From positions 70,441 to 134,440 of the forward strand of contig WFPF01000021.1 of NCBI GenBank assembly GCA_015487695.1: a DNA stretch of 64,000 nucleotides. Reading direction: 5' to 3'. The stretch comes from Chitinophagales bacterium (GTDB lineage: Bacteria > Bacteroidota > Bacteroidia > Chitinophagales > S012-47). Positions 18,914 to 27,692 of this stretch are shown one piece after another; within the stretch, counting starts at the first letter, position 1; each line of letters begins with the position of its first letter. Under the pieces are notes generated by a model. It worked only from the letters and a program-made list of their open reading frames with translations. It was not told the DNA's origin and made no database searches. The position numbers and the translations under genes were made by a program.

Positions 18914-20779
18914 TTATCTTCCGATGTGAACCATTAAGATGGAAATATCAGCAGGACTGATGCCGCTGATCCTCGATGCCTGGCCTATGCTTGCGGGTTT
19001 TATTTTGTTTAATTTCTCCCGAGCTTCTGCGGATAGTGCGGAAATACGGCTGTAATCAAAGGAGGGAGGAAGCAGCAAATCCTCCAATTCAATCATTCTT
19101 TCTGCCATTTCCCGTTCTTTGTCGATGTAACGCTGATACTTTATTTGTATTTCCGCCTGTTCAATTTCTTCTGCACTAAAAGCCGAAAGATAGTGGTGGT
19201 ATTCGCTCATTCGTTTCAGAACATCCGAAAGGGTTATGCCGGGGCGCGTGATGACCCCGTAGGTTTTAAGCTTTTGCCGGATGGGGCTGCTTCCGAGTGA
19301 TTCCAGAAGTGGATTTATTGTCTGCGGCTCCACACTGGTCTTTTTTAGCCAGGTTATCAGCTCTTCCACCCGCGATTTCTTTTTTTCCACCTTTTCGTAT
19401 CGCTCTGAGTCAACCAGGCCCAGGCGGTGTGCAAGGGGGGTAAGGCGAAGGTCGGCATTGTCCTGGCGCAGCAAAAGGCGGTATTCCGCTCGCGAAGTAA
19501 ACATCCGGTAGGGTTCTTCCGTCCCTTTGTTTATCAGGTCATCTATCAATACGCCAATGTAGGCCTCGTCTCTTCTCAGAATAAAAGCCTCTTTCTCGCG
19601 GATCTTTTGTACAGCGTTGATTCCGGCCACTAGACCCTGGCCCGCGGCCTCTTCATAGCCGGTAGTTCCGTTTATTTGCCCTGCAAAGTAAAGGTTTTCG
19701 ACCAGTCGCGTCTCGAGGCTGTGTTTTAGTTGCAGCGGAGGAAAGTAATCATATTCGATGGCGTAGCCGGGCCTGAAGAGCCGTGCATTTTCAAATCCCG
19801 GGATTTTTTGAATGGCTTTGACCTGGATATCCTCGGGAAGGGAAGTGGAAAATCCGTTTACATATACCTCCACGGTATTCCATCCCTCGGGTTCTACAAA
19901 TATTTGATGTCGCGGCCTTTCGCTGAAACGCTCAATTTTATCCTCAATGGAGGGGCAGTATCTGGGGCCCGTCCCCTGAATTCTTCCCGTGAACATGGGC
20001 GATTTCGAAAATCCTTCTTTCAGGATTTCGTGTACCGCGGGGTTCGTATAGCTGATATAGCAGGAACGTTGCCTGCTGAGGGGCTTTGATTCATTGCCGA
20101 AGGAAAAGCGGGATGGCTTTTCGTCTCCCTTTTGCTCTTCCATTCTGGAGTAGTCAAGCGAGCGCCCGTCTACGCGGGGCGGGGTGCCGGTTTTCATCCT
20201 TCCGGCCTCAAAACCCAGCGCTACCAGTTCTTCGGTAATTCCGGTAGAGGCCCGTTCGGCTGCACGTCCACCACCAAACTGCTTCTCGCCAATGTGGATC
20301 ACACCGTTGAGAAAGGTACCGTTGGTAAGGATTACAGCCTTTGCGGAGATACTGAGGCCCATGCCGGTGCGTACCCCCAGCACCCGGCCGTCTTTCACGT
20401 TCAGGCCGACCACCATATCCTGCCAGAAGTCGAGATGATCGCACTGCTCGAGCCTGAGTCGCCATTCGTTGGCAAAAAGCATGCGGTCGTTTTGTGTACG
20501 GGGACTCCACATGGCAGGCCCCTTGGATCGGTTGAGCATACGGAACTGGATGGCCGAACGATCGGCCACAATGCCGCTAAAGCCACCCAGGGCGTCAATT
20601 TCCCTTACTATCTGCCCCTTGGCAATTCCACCCATGGCCGGGTTGCACGACATTTGGCCTATGGTGGCCATATTCATAGTGACCAGGAGGGTGCGGGCCC
20701 CCAGATTGGCGGCAGCAGCTGCGGCTTCGCTTCCGGCATGGCCGCCTCCGACAACAATGACATCATAAGTGGGAAACAT
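18914..20779 (-). CDS. mnmG: tRNA uridine 5-carboxymethylaminomethyl modification enzyme MnmG (GidA)
   Basis: MFPTYDVIVVGGGHAGSEAA (FAD fold) with GidA similarity throughout. The track start 20803 is the TTG inside the -7 box, so ATG 20779 is used. Confidence 0.95.
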   Translation of the reverse strand: MFPTYDVIVVGGGHAGSEAAAAAANLGARTLLVTMNMATIGQMSCNPAMGGIAKGQIVREIDALGGFSGIVADRSAIQFRMLNRSKGPAMWSPRTQNDRMLFANEWRLRLEQCDHLDFWQDMVVGLNVKDGRVLGVRTGMGLSISAKAVILTNGTFLNGVIHIGEKQFGGGRAAERASTGITEELVALGFEAGRMKTGTPPRVDGRSLDYSRMEEQKGDEKPSRFSFGNESKPLSRQRSCYISYTNPAVHEILKEGFSKSPMFTGRIQGTGPRYCPSIEDKIERFSERPRHQIFVEPEGWNTVEVYVNGFSTSLPEDIQVKAIQKIPGFENARLFRPGYAIEYDYFPPLQLKHSLETRLVENLYFAGQINGTTGYEEAAGQGLVAGINAVQKIREKEAFILRRDEAYIGVLIDDLINKGTEEPYRMFTSRAEYRLLLRQDNADLRLTPLAHRLGLVDSERYEKVEKKKSRVEELITWLKKTSVEPQTINPLLESLGSSPIRQKLKTYGVITRPGITLSDVLKRMSEYHHYLSAFSAEEIEQAEIQIKYQRYIDKEREMAERMIELEDLLLPPSFDYSRISALSAEAREKLNKIKPASIGQASRISGISPADISILMVHIGR

Positions 20780-20800
20780 ATCTGGATATTTGTGGTCAGG

Positions 20801-20808
20801 CAAATTTA
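20801..20808 (-). promoter_or_regulatory. -7 promoter box TAAATTTG upstream of mnmG
   Basis: Matches TAnnTTTG, 21 nt upstream of ATG 20779. Confidence 0.45.
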
Positions 20809-20851
20809 GGCTTTTCCTTCAGGCCTTGCTAATTCCGCCCGGGCTGCGATA

Positions 20852-20910
20852 GTTCCACGTGAAACCATTTTTCGTTTCAAAAGAAGGCGGGATGTTTCAC
20901 GTGAAACCAT
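20852..20910. promoter_or_regulatory. Two copies of a CACGTG-centred palindromic 17-mer, 42 bp apart (candidate operator pair)
   Basis: GTTCCACGTGAAACCAT at 20852-20868 and GTTTCACGTGAAACCAT at 20894-20910. The second copy contains the perfect 14-bp palindrome GTTTCACGTGAAAC. Both lie 45-110 bp upstream of the mnmG -7 box. The second overlaps the ybeY stop codon by 1 nt. Confidence 0.4.
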
Positions 20911-21347
20911 CAGCCGGGGTTAAAAGCTTCCCGGTAGCGTTGGAGGCATTGCTCTTCCATTTCTCTCATTCGGGCCAGATCCTCCGGGCTTTTGTCTTTG
21001 TAGCCCAAAAGATGAAGCACTCCGTGAATGATCACCCTCAGCAATTCATCTTGAAAACTTACACCTAAATTCGTGGCATTCTCTTTTACACGATCTATGC
21101 TAATGTAGATGTCGGCCTCCAGGGGCTCGGGGTGCTGTCGGTAGGGAAAGGTTATAATGTCGGTATAATAATCGTGCTTCAGGTACTTTCGGTTGATTTC
21201 CAAAAGGTAATCATCCGGGCAGAAAATAAAATTAAGGGTCGAAGCCGTTGCTTTGGAGTCAAGCAATATTTCTTCTATCCATTTTTGAATAGAAACGGTG
21301 TTAAATAATTGAAAATCAATATTTTCTGAGAAAAAGGAGATGTTCAA
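20910..21347 (-). CDS. ybeY: rRNA maturation RNase YbeY
   Basis: HGVLHLLGYKD metal-binding motif. 145 aa. TTG start 2 nt after the upstream stop. Confidence 0.9.
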   Translation of the reverse strand: MNISFFSENIDFQLFNTVSIQKWIEEILLDSKATASTLNFIFCPDDYLLEINRKYLKHDYYTDIITFPYRQHPEPLEADIYISIDRVKENATNLGVSFQDELLRVIIHGVLHLLGYKDKSPEDLARMREMEEQCLQRYREAFNPG

Positions 21348-21349
21348 TG

Positions 21350-21760
21350 CTATAGTTTAAAATGCAACTCAACTGTGCTTCCATTATTAGAAAAAACCAC
21401 CAGGTCGGCCAAGTTTTTCATGAGGAAGACACCCCGTCCGGTAGGTTTGGTGAGGTTCTCGGGAGCTGTGGGGTCGGGCAGATTGTTGTAGTCAAATCCC
21501 TGTCCTTCGTCTGATACAATGAAAATAAGGCTGTGGTCGTCCCTGCCTACTTCGATACGGGTCTTTTTTTCGGGATCGAGCTTGTTGCCGTGTACGATGG
21601 CATTGTTTACAGCTTCGGTGAGGGCTACGATGACATTTCCATATATCTCATCAGCCAGATTCAAGTCCTCTTTGAGCGTGTCAATGAGTGCTTCGACCTT
21701 GCTTACCTCTTCGATGGAGGATGGCAGTTCGAGCTTATATTGTTCCAACTGTGTTACCAT
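21350..21760 (-). CDS. RsbW/SpoIIAB-like GHKL ATPase (anti-sigma-type serine kinase), orphan
   Basis: ALTEAVNNAIVHGN (N box), VSDEGQGFD (G1) and PTGRGVFLMKNL (G2). 136 aa. No STAS partner is present in the window. Confidence 0.75.
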   Translation of the reverse strand: MVTQLEQYKLELPSSIEEVSKVEALIDTLKEDLNLADEIYGNVIVALTEAVNNAIVHGNKLDPEKKTRIEVGRDDHSLIFIVSDEGQGFDYNNLPDPTAPENLTKPTGRGVFLMKNLADLVVFSNNGSTVELHFKL

Positions 21761-24700
21761 TAGGGCTTAAATTTAGTAATGGATTTGAAATATTCGTTAA
21801 CTATATCCCGATAAAAAGGATTTAGTGTCGGAGGAACCGTTTGATAGAGGTCTATATCTGCCTTCCGTTGCTTTAAATATTCCTCAATTTCAGGAGGCAG
21901 TTCCTTTTCTTCTTCCCTGGCCTGCTCTGCTTTTCGTTCGGGCGACATCTCCTGTTTTTCTTCTGCTTTTTCGGCTTCAAGCAGCCGGGTTTCTATTTTC
22001 TTCAGTCGTTTGAATAATTCGGTGCTTAAGCGCTTATTGACCAGATCTTCTTCCACTTTCTCCATCTCTTTGATCATTTCATCAAGATTTCCATAGGGAT
22101 TTTTACCGTTCTTGTTGAATTGCTGATTCAACTTTTGAATTTCTTTCCTGAGCATCCTTTGCTCGCGGGCCAGGCGGGCAATTTCTTCTGAATCTAAACC
22201 ATTCTGTCCGGATTTGCCACTTTCTTTTGCTTTTCCTTCTTTCTGCTCCTGCTGCATCTGCCCGATTTTGTCACTCAGCTGCTGCTGTTTTTGTCGCAAC
22301 TTCTTCATGGATTGACCCGAGGAATTGGGTTTTTGGCACATTTGCGAACCGGACATCATGGAAGCCGCCTGCTGTTGCAGGTTCTGCAGCAGCTCATCGA
22401 GAAGGAGCGCCAGATTGTTCAGGCCGGTCATGGCATATTGCTGCTTGCTGAGACCGATATTTTTCTTTCGGTCTGCAAAGGCTGTGATGCTGCCCGACAT
22501 GCTTTCTTTGACCCGGCTTACTTCTTTTGTGATAAACGGGGTGAGCTGAAATACCCTTTTGCTGAGGGCCTGTAAGCTGTCTTCCACCATGCGAAAGTCC
22601 CGCTTAATGGTATTTTGCTCATCGATTAACTCGGGGTAGCGCGGTGAGTTCGGATTGGTTGATTTGATTTTCTTCATCAGTGCTTCCTGCTCAAAGCTGA
22701 GCGTGAGCAAGTTTTCCAGAAGCTGTTTGGTGGCTTCGATGTCGATTTCTATTTGCTCCATTTCCATGGAAGCCTGCATCTCGCTCATCTGATCCGACAT
22801 CTCTTTCATTTTTTCAGACGCGCTTTTCTGCTTCCTGGAGGCATCCTTTTTTTGCTTTTTATCGAGCGACTTTTTGCTTTCATTCATTTCTTGCTGAATC
22901 GACTCCTCCTCCTCACTGAAGTCATCAAGGTCTTTGGAGTTCTCCAGCTCCTCATTCATTTTCTCCATCTCCTCCATGTCCTTTTTAAACTCTTCAAATT
23001 CTTTGTTCAACTCCTCCTGCTTCTCTGCCAGTTCTTCCGGGTTGCTCTCTTCTTTTTCCGATTCCTTGCTCAGGGCCTCTTGTTTTTCGGCAAGTTCATC
23101 GAGCTTTTTCTGGTTGTCCTGCAGTTTTTTCTCAAACTCCAACTCCTTGTACAGTTCCTGAAGCCGTTCAAAGTTCTTTTCAAAAGCCTCGTTGCTCATC
23201 TCAAACTCCTCCAGCTTCTCGAGGGCCTTCTCCTGATCCAGATCCTTCATGAGCTCCTCTATCTTTTCCATGAGCTTCTTGCTTTCTTCGTCCAGCATCT
23301 CTTCCATCATCTCCTCGAGTTTCTTTTGCTTTTCCTTCGTCTCTTCGTCCAGCTTCTTCAGCTCATCCTCCTGCCTCGATTTTTCCTGCAGCTCGTTTTT
23401 CATGCGTTCCAGCTCATCCTGCAGTTCTTTGTGTCTTTGCAGGAGCTCCTCAAATGCTTTTTTGTCTTCCCATCGCAGCTCTTTCTTTTGCAGAAGCCGC
23501 TCTCTCAGAGTTTTTATTTCTTCTTTAATTTTTCGGGCTTCCTCCAGCTTTTCCTCCATCTTTCTTTCCAGGTCCCTGCTTTGTTCTTCTATTTTTTCCT
23601 CTATCTCCTTTTTGCTAGGCAGGCGATAATAAAACTCCCTGCTGCGTGTAAACTTGCGTCCGTTGATGGCATCATTGTCCCAAACGATGAAGTGATAGCT
23701 CAGGCGGTCGCCCGGTGCGAGATTGAGCTCGGCAATGTTCCAGCTCAGATCAAATTGTTCCTTGTTTTTACCCGCTCCGCCCACAGGCAGGCTCTGATAG
23801 TCTCCCGTGCCTTCGGAATTTTCGATGCGGTACTGAAAGTCGATTCGTGAAATGCCGTAGTCATCGGCAGCCGTTCCCAGGAAGTAGACCATTTGCCGCT
23901 TGCTGCTGTCACGGTACTCGCTCACATTGATGGAGGGATATCGGTCGGGTATGACACGCAGTGCGTAGCTGATGCTGTCGGCTTTGTCAATGTATCGGTT
24001 GGAGTTGAATATGGTATAATTGAGATCTTGTATCAGCGGCAGCGAATATTCAAAAATGCCTTCCCCCCGGGGCCGTGCATTTACCAGGGTGTCTTCATTC
24101 AGACGAAGGGCAATCTCTTCGGTATTTCGCGTGTGAAAAACCCATGAAACGCGCGTTCCCACCGGAAGCAACAAGTCACCCAAATTGTGTTTTACCTCCT
24201 CTTTTCTGCCGGTGTAGGCAGGATATCTGAGGCGAATATCAAAATTGAGCAACGAGGGTTTGGGCAATACCTTTACGTGATACTCTTCGGTGTAAAAACC
24301 ATTTGCGCCCAGGCGAAAGGTGAAGTCTTCACGAACCTTACGGAAGGTATAGGTAAAGGTGTGGGCATCGCTTTTTTTCAGGGGATAGTTGTAGTCGGAG
24401 CTCAGCGCGGAAACCTTTTCGGGAAGCACCTCTCCGTCTACTTTGACCGTTACTGTCAGATCATCAAACTGAATGACGCTTAGATCGGAAGGTTCTTCTA
24501 CCCGCATTTCAAAAGGCGCTATTTTCCGGAAGTCGGTATTCGTATTGATCAGCCTTTTGTTGCTTTCTCTGAGTACATCGGGCGCGCCCAGCAGCAGGAA
24601 GAAGATCACAGCCAGGGGCACAAGAGCATATCGCAGGTATTTTTTATTGGCCGAAAAACGTATGGCCCTCAGGATGGGCACGGGCTTTATTTGCTCTATT

Positions 24701-25134
24701 TTCTGATTGATACCGGCCAGCAGCAGCGAAGAGTCTTCCATACTTTCTGACTGCGATTTCAACTGCAGGACATTGAGCAGCTTGTCCTGTATCTCGTCAA
24801 AGTGGCTGCCCACAATCCGAGCGGCCTGTTCGCGACTCATTCGTTTTCCGATATGAAGGAGGCGGGCCAGCGGAATGACGATCCAATAAACAAGACCCAG
24901 GAAGAGAGAAGCAAAAGTGATCAAAAGGATCACTTTCTTTTGTACCGGAGGCAGAACAAAGAGATATTCGAGCAAACTGTCGATGAGGTAAAAGCCGAGC
25001 AACAAAGCCAAAAAATATATACCCCCCCTGATCAGCTGATTGGTGTAGTATTTTCGGACAAACTGTTCCAGTTTGGCGATCAATAATTCGTAGTTATCCT
25101 GTGCTTTGCTCATTTCAAATTTTCCCGCTTCCAT
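21760..25134 (-). CDS. Large membrane-anchored coiled-coil protein (DUF4175-like)
   Basis: 1124 aa. N-terminal TM helices (IYFLALLLGFYLI, VILLITFASLFLGLVYWIVIPLA, ALVPLAVIFFLLLG), then a beta-rich region of about 300 aa, then roughly 450 aa of E/K-rich heptad-like sequence. The family name is from memory of Bacteroidota DUF4175 proteins. Confidence 0.6.
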   Translation of the reverse strand: MEAGKFEMSKAQDNYELLIAKLEQFVRKYYTNQLIRGGIYFLALLLGFYLIDSLLEYLFVLPPVQKKVILLITFASLFLGLVYWIVIPLARLLHIGKRMSREQAARIVGSHFDEIQDKLLNVLQLKSQSESMEDSSLLLAGINQKIEQIKPVPILRAIRFSANKKYLRYALVPLAVIFFLLLGAPDVLRESNKRLINTNTDFRKIAPFEMRVEEPSDLSVIQFDDLTVTVKVDGEVLPEKVSALSSDYNYPLKKSDAHTFTYTFRKVREDFTFRLGANGFYTEEYHVKVLPKPSLLNFDIRLRYPAYTGRKEEVKHNLGDLLLPVGTRVSWVFHTRNTEEIALRLNEDTLVNARPRGEGIFEYSLPLIQDLNYTIFNSNRYIDKADSISYALRVIPDRYPSINVSEYRDSSKRQMVYFLGTAADDYGISRIDFQYRIENSEGTGDYQSLPVGGAGKNKEQFDLSWNIAELNLAPGDRLSYHFIVWDNDAINGRKFTRSREFYYRLPSKKEIEEKIEEQSRDLERKMEEKLEEARKIKEEIKTLRERLLQKKELRWEDKKAFEELLQRHKELQDELERMKNELQEKSRQEDELKKLDEETKEKQKKLEEMMEEMLDEESKKLMEKIEELMKDLDQEKALEKLEEFEMSNEAFEKNFERLQELYKELEFEKKLQDNQKKLDELAEKQEALSKESEKEESNPEELAEKQEELNKEFEEFKKDMEEMEKMNEELENSKDLDDFSEEEESIQQEMNESKKSLDKKQKKDASRKQKSASEKMKEMSDQMSEMQASMEMEQIEIDIEATKQLLENLLTLSFEQEALMKKIKSTNPNSPRYPELIDEQNTIKRDFRMVEDSLQALSKRVFQLTPFITKEVSRVKESMSGSITAFADRKKNIGLSKQQYAMTGLNNLALLLDELLQNLQQQAASMMSGSQMCQKPNSSGQSMKKLRQKQQQLSDKIGQMQQEQKEGKAKESGKSGQNGLDSEEIARLAREQRMLRKEIQKLNQQFNKNGKNPYGNLDEMIKEMEKVEEDLVNKRLSTELFKRLKKIETRLLEAEKAEEKQEMSPERKAEQAREEEKELPPEIEEYLKQRKADIDLYQTVPPTLNPFYRDIVNEYFKSITKFKP

Positions 25135-25178
25135 CTAAACGATTAAAATAGTCAAAATAACAGCTTATATCGGAAGTC

Positions 25179-25550
25179 TTAGTTTGATTTAACAATTTCA
25201 TCCGGCCCTTCGCTCATTTCCAGATATTTCAAAGCCTGTTTTTTCAGGAGCAGTTCCTGTTCTTTCACGCTCATTTCGGGCAAAGGTTTCAGTGATTCAA
25301 AATGAGGCCATCCCGCGGCATCTCTTCCGACAAAACGATAGTATCCCAGCGGACTCAGCAGGGTGCAGACTCCGATGTGCATCAGGTCCTGTTTTTCTTC
25401 TTTGCTGTATTGCCTTCGAATTTCACCCAGCTCCTGAATTCCGATGAGCATTAATATGGCATTGAGGTCGGGAAGGCGTCCCAGCTCCTTTTTTATTTTC
25501 AGCCGCCAGGCAGCCCATTTCCGTTCAAAAACCAAATCTCTGCTGCTCAT
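25179..25550 (-). CDS. Hypothetical protein (123 aa)
   Basis: Protein-like composition. Starts 9 nt after the upstream peroxidase gene stop. No family recognised. Confidence 0.55.
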   Translation of the reverse strand: MSSRDLVFERKWAAWRLKIKKELGRLPDLNAILMLIGIQELGEIRRQYSKEEKQDLMHIGVCTLLSPLGYYRFVGRDAAGWPHFESLKPLPEMSVKEQELLLKKQALKYLEMSEGPDEIVKSN

Positions 25551-25559
25551 TTTTTATAT

Positions 25560-26678
25560 CTATTTGAAAGGATCGCTGTAACTGCTGTCGCGTATGGCCG
25601 ACCCGTCTGTCAATGTATGCAGAAATGCTATGATGTCCCACTTTTCATCTTCACTCAGTTTCATTCCGCCCACTTCGAGGTGTGAGCGTTTCAGGTTGGA
25701 ATAATTGATGTTGAGCGAATAGTGCAAACTGTCGCTGTAAAAGTCAAGCACTTCTTTCAGTGTGGCAAAGCGTCCGTCATGCATGTACGGTGCAGTCAAA
25801 GCTACATTGCGGAGAGAGGGCACCTTGAAAAGTCCGTAGTCTTCCGTCAATCCGCTTACCGATCCGAGGCCGGGGTCCGGAAAGTCTTCGATTTGAGAGG
25901 CAGCGGTCAAGCCGTTGTTTTCAAAGGTGAAGGTGGAAAAGAGCAGGTTGCCCTCGCTGTGGCAGTGAAAACAGTCGCCACCCGACTCGCTGAAGAATAA
26001 TTCATAGCCTCTTTGCTCGCTTTCGCTGAAAAATCCTTTGTTCAGAAACCGGACACTGTCATATTTTGACCGGAATGATACCATGCTCCTCAAAAACTGG
26101 GCAATGGCCTTGGCGATCAGCTCCTCACTGATTTCAGTGGTGCCGAAAGCCGCATAAAACTTGGCAGGATAGCGTTTATCAGCTTTTAACTCCTCTACGA
26201 GCTGAGGCAGGTTTTCTGCCATTTCGCTGTGGTCTGCAATGGGCATGAGGGCCTGCTCTTCCAGGCTTCGCGCCCGTCCGTCCCAGAAAAAGCGATCGGC
26301 AAAATCGAGATTGAAGAGCGGCATGGAGTTGCGCTTTCCTTCTATGCCCAATATGCCCACGCTGTGCCTTCGTCCCGAATCCGTAAATGCATTTGCCTGA
26401 TTGTGGCAGCTGGCGCATGACTGCGTGTTGTCACCCGATAATTTTTTATCGTAAAACAACATACGGCCCAGCGACACCCCTTCATAAGTGGTGGGGTTGT
26501 CAGCCGGGGCACGAGGCAGCCGGGGTGCATATGCCGGCAGGTCATATTTAAAAGGGGTGGGGTCATACTCGGGAAGTGAGTCGTCTTTGACCGTTACCGG
26601 CAGGTCGCGCTGGCATGCCGATACCGTAAGTATCAGCACAACCATGAAAAACATATTGTTTATCCGCGATCTTTTCAT
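25560..26678 (-). CDS. Di-haem cytochrome c peroxidase family protein (MauG/MbnH-like), copy 1
   Basis: Signal/lipoprotein N-terminus (VSACQRD). Two CxxCH motifs (CASCHNQ and CFHCHSE) and FWDGRA. Confidence 0.85.
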   Translation of the reverse strand: MKRSRINNMFFMVVLILTVSACQRDLPVTVKDDSLPEYDPTPFKYDLPAYAPRLPRAPADNPTTYEGVSLGRMLFYDKKLSGDNTQSCASCHNQANAFTDSGRRHSVGILGIEGKRNSMPLFNLDFADRFFWDGRARSLEEQALMPIADHSEMAENLPQLVEELKADKRYPAKFYAAFGTTEISEELIAKAIAQFLRSMVSFRSKYDSVRFLNKGFFSESEQRGYELFFSESGGDCFHCHSEGNLLFSTFTFENNGLTAASQIEDFPDPGLGSVSGLTEDYGLFKVPSLRNVALTAPYMHDGRFATLKEVLDFYSDSLHYSLNINYSNLKRSHLEVGGMKLSEDEKWDIIAFLHTLTDGSAIRDSSYSDPFK

Positions 26679-26687
26679 TTTGAAGGC

Positions 26688-27692
26688 TTACTTTTCATAG
26701 CGCTTGTCGCTTAAGGTTTTTAAAAAGGAAATAAGGGCTTTTTGTTCCTCCACACTCAGCTTCAGGGGCCGTATCAGCGGACTTTGGTTGAGCGAGCCAT
26801 TCCCTCCGGCATTGTAGTGGGTGAGTACCTCTTCAAGGTCAGCCAGTGATCCGTCATGCATGTAGGGAAAGGTAAGGGCAATGTTGCGCAAGGTGGGCAC
26901 TTTAAATTTTCCAAGGTCTTCGGGTGCCAGTGTGATGCGCCCCCTTCCCGAGTCGGGGTAGTTATTGTAAAGTCCGTTGTCGCGGTAGCTATAGTCTGTG
27001 AATAGCGGTGGGGTATGACAAGCCGCGCATTGTGTTTTTTCACTGAAAAAGAGTTCGAGGCCTGCTTTTTCTTCAGCACTGAGGGCCGCCTTCTTTCCGC
27101 GGTAATAGTAGTCATCGAATCGGGTGTCAAAGCTGATGAGCGATCGTTCGTAGCTCGCAAGAGCTTTCAAAATTACGGATTCATAGCGCTCATCTCCGTA
27201 GGCAGCTCGTGCCATTTCCGTAAAATGCCGGTCGGAGCTCAGCCTCTCTGCAATTTCCGCCAGACGCATGTCCATTTCCCGGTGGTTTTGTATGGGTACC
27301 AAAGCCTGAGCCTCAAGCGAAAAACTTCCTCCGTCCCAAAGCAGATCGGGAGCAAACCCCAAATTGAAAAGTGTCGGGGAATTTCGTTTCCCGAGGAGTC
27401 CGTTCACCCCGGCAGACAGGCTTTTTTGATCGCTGAAGGCTTTTGCCGGATCATGACAGCTTGCGCAGGAAATGCTTAGATCTTTTGACAGGCGGGTGTC
27501 AAAAAACAGAAACGCTCCGAGCCTGACCCTTGCTTCGGTCAGGGTATTTGCTTCCGGGACCGGCATTTCCGGCACATAGGAAGGTATGTCCGGATAGTAG
27601 GGACTGTTGTCGGCAGTCACCGGAAGATCACGCTGACAGGCGCTGAAAAACAACAGGGTAATAAATGATATGTAAAAAGCCTTGAAATTCAT
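26688..27692 (-). CDS. Di-haem cytochrome c peroxidase family protein (MauG/MbnH-like), copy 2
   Basis: Lipobox FFSACQRD. CASCHDP and CAACHTP haem motifs, plus LWDGGS. The start MNFKAF at 27692 forms an ATGA overlap with the MbnP-like stop. Confidence 0.85.
   Translation of the reverse strand: MNFKAFYISFITLLFFSACQRDLPVTADNSPYYPDIPSYVPEMPVPEANTLTEARVRLGAFLFFDTRLSKDLSISCASCHDPAKAFSDQKSLSAGVNGLLGKRNSPTLFNLGFAPDLLWDGGSFSLEAQALVPIQNHREMDMRLAEIAERLSSDRHFTEMARAAYGDERYESVILKALASYERSLISFDTRFDDYYYRGKKAALSAEEKAGLELFFSEKTQCAACHTPPLFTDYSYRDNGLYNNYPDSGRGRITLAPEDLGKFKVPTLRNIALTFPYMHDGSLADLEEVLTHYNAGGNGSLNQSPLIRPLKLSVEEQKALISFLKTLSDKRYEK

Noticed and set aside
20780-20803. Longer N-termini starting at TTG for mnmG (20803), rlmI (43551), the 2419-3747 ORF and moaA (50135)
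   Set aside because: In each case the TTG is at or next to a TAnnTTTG -7 promoter box (inside it for mnmG, rlmI and moaA; 15 nt upstream of it for the 2419-3747 ORF). A conserved-looking ATG start follows downstream.
22753-23850. 365-aa plus-strand ORF, extremely L/F-rich, plus several shorter ORFs nearby
   Set aside because: It is the mirror frame of the E/K-rich coiled-coil region of the 1124-aa minus-strand gene. GAA/AAG-rich codons read as TTC/CTT on the other strand and are stop-poor. The composition is not protein-like.
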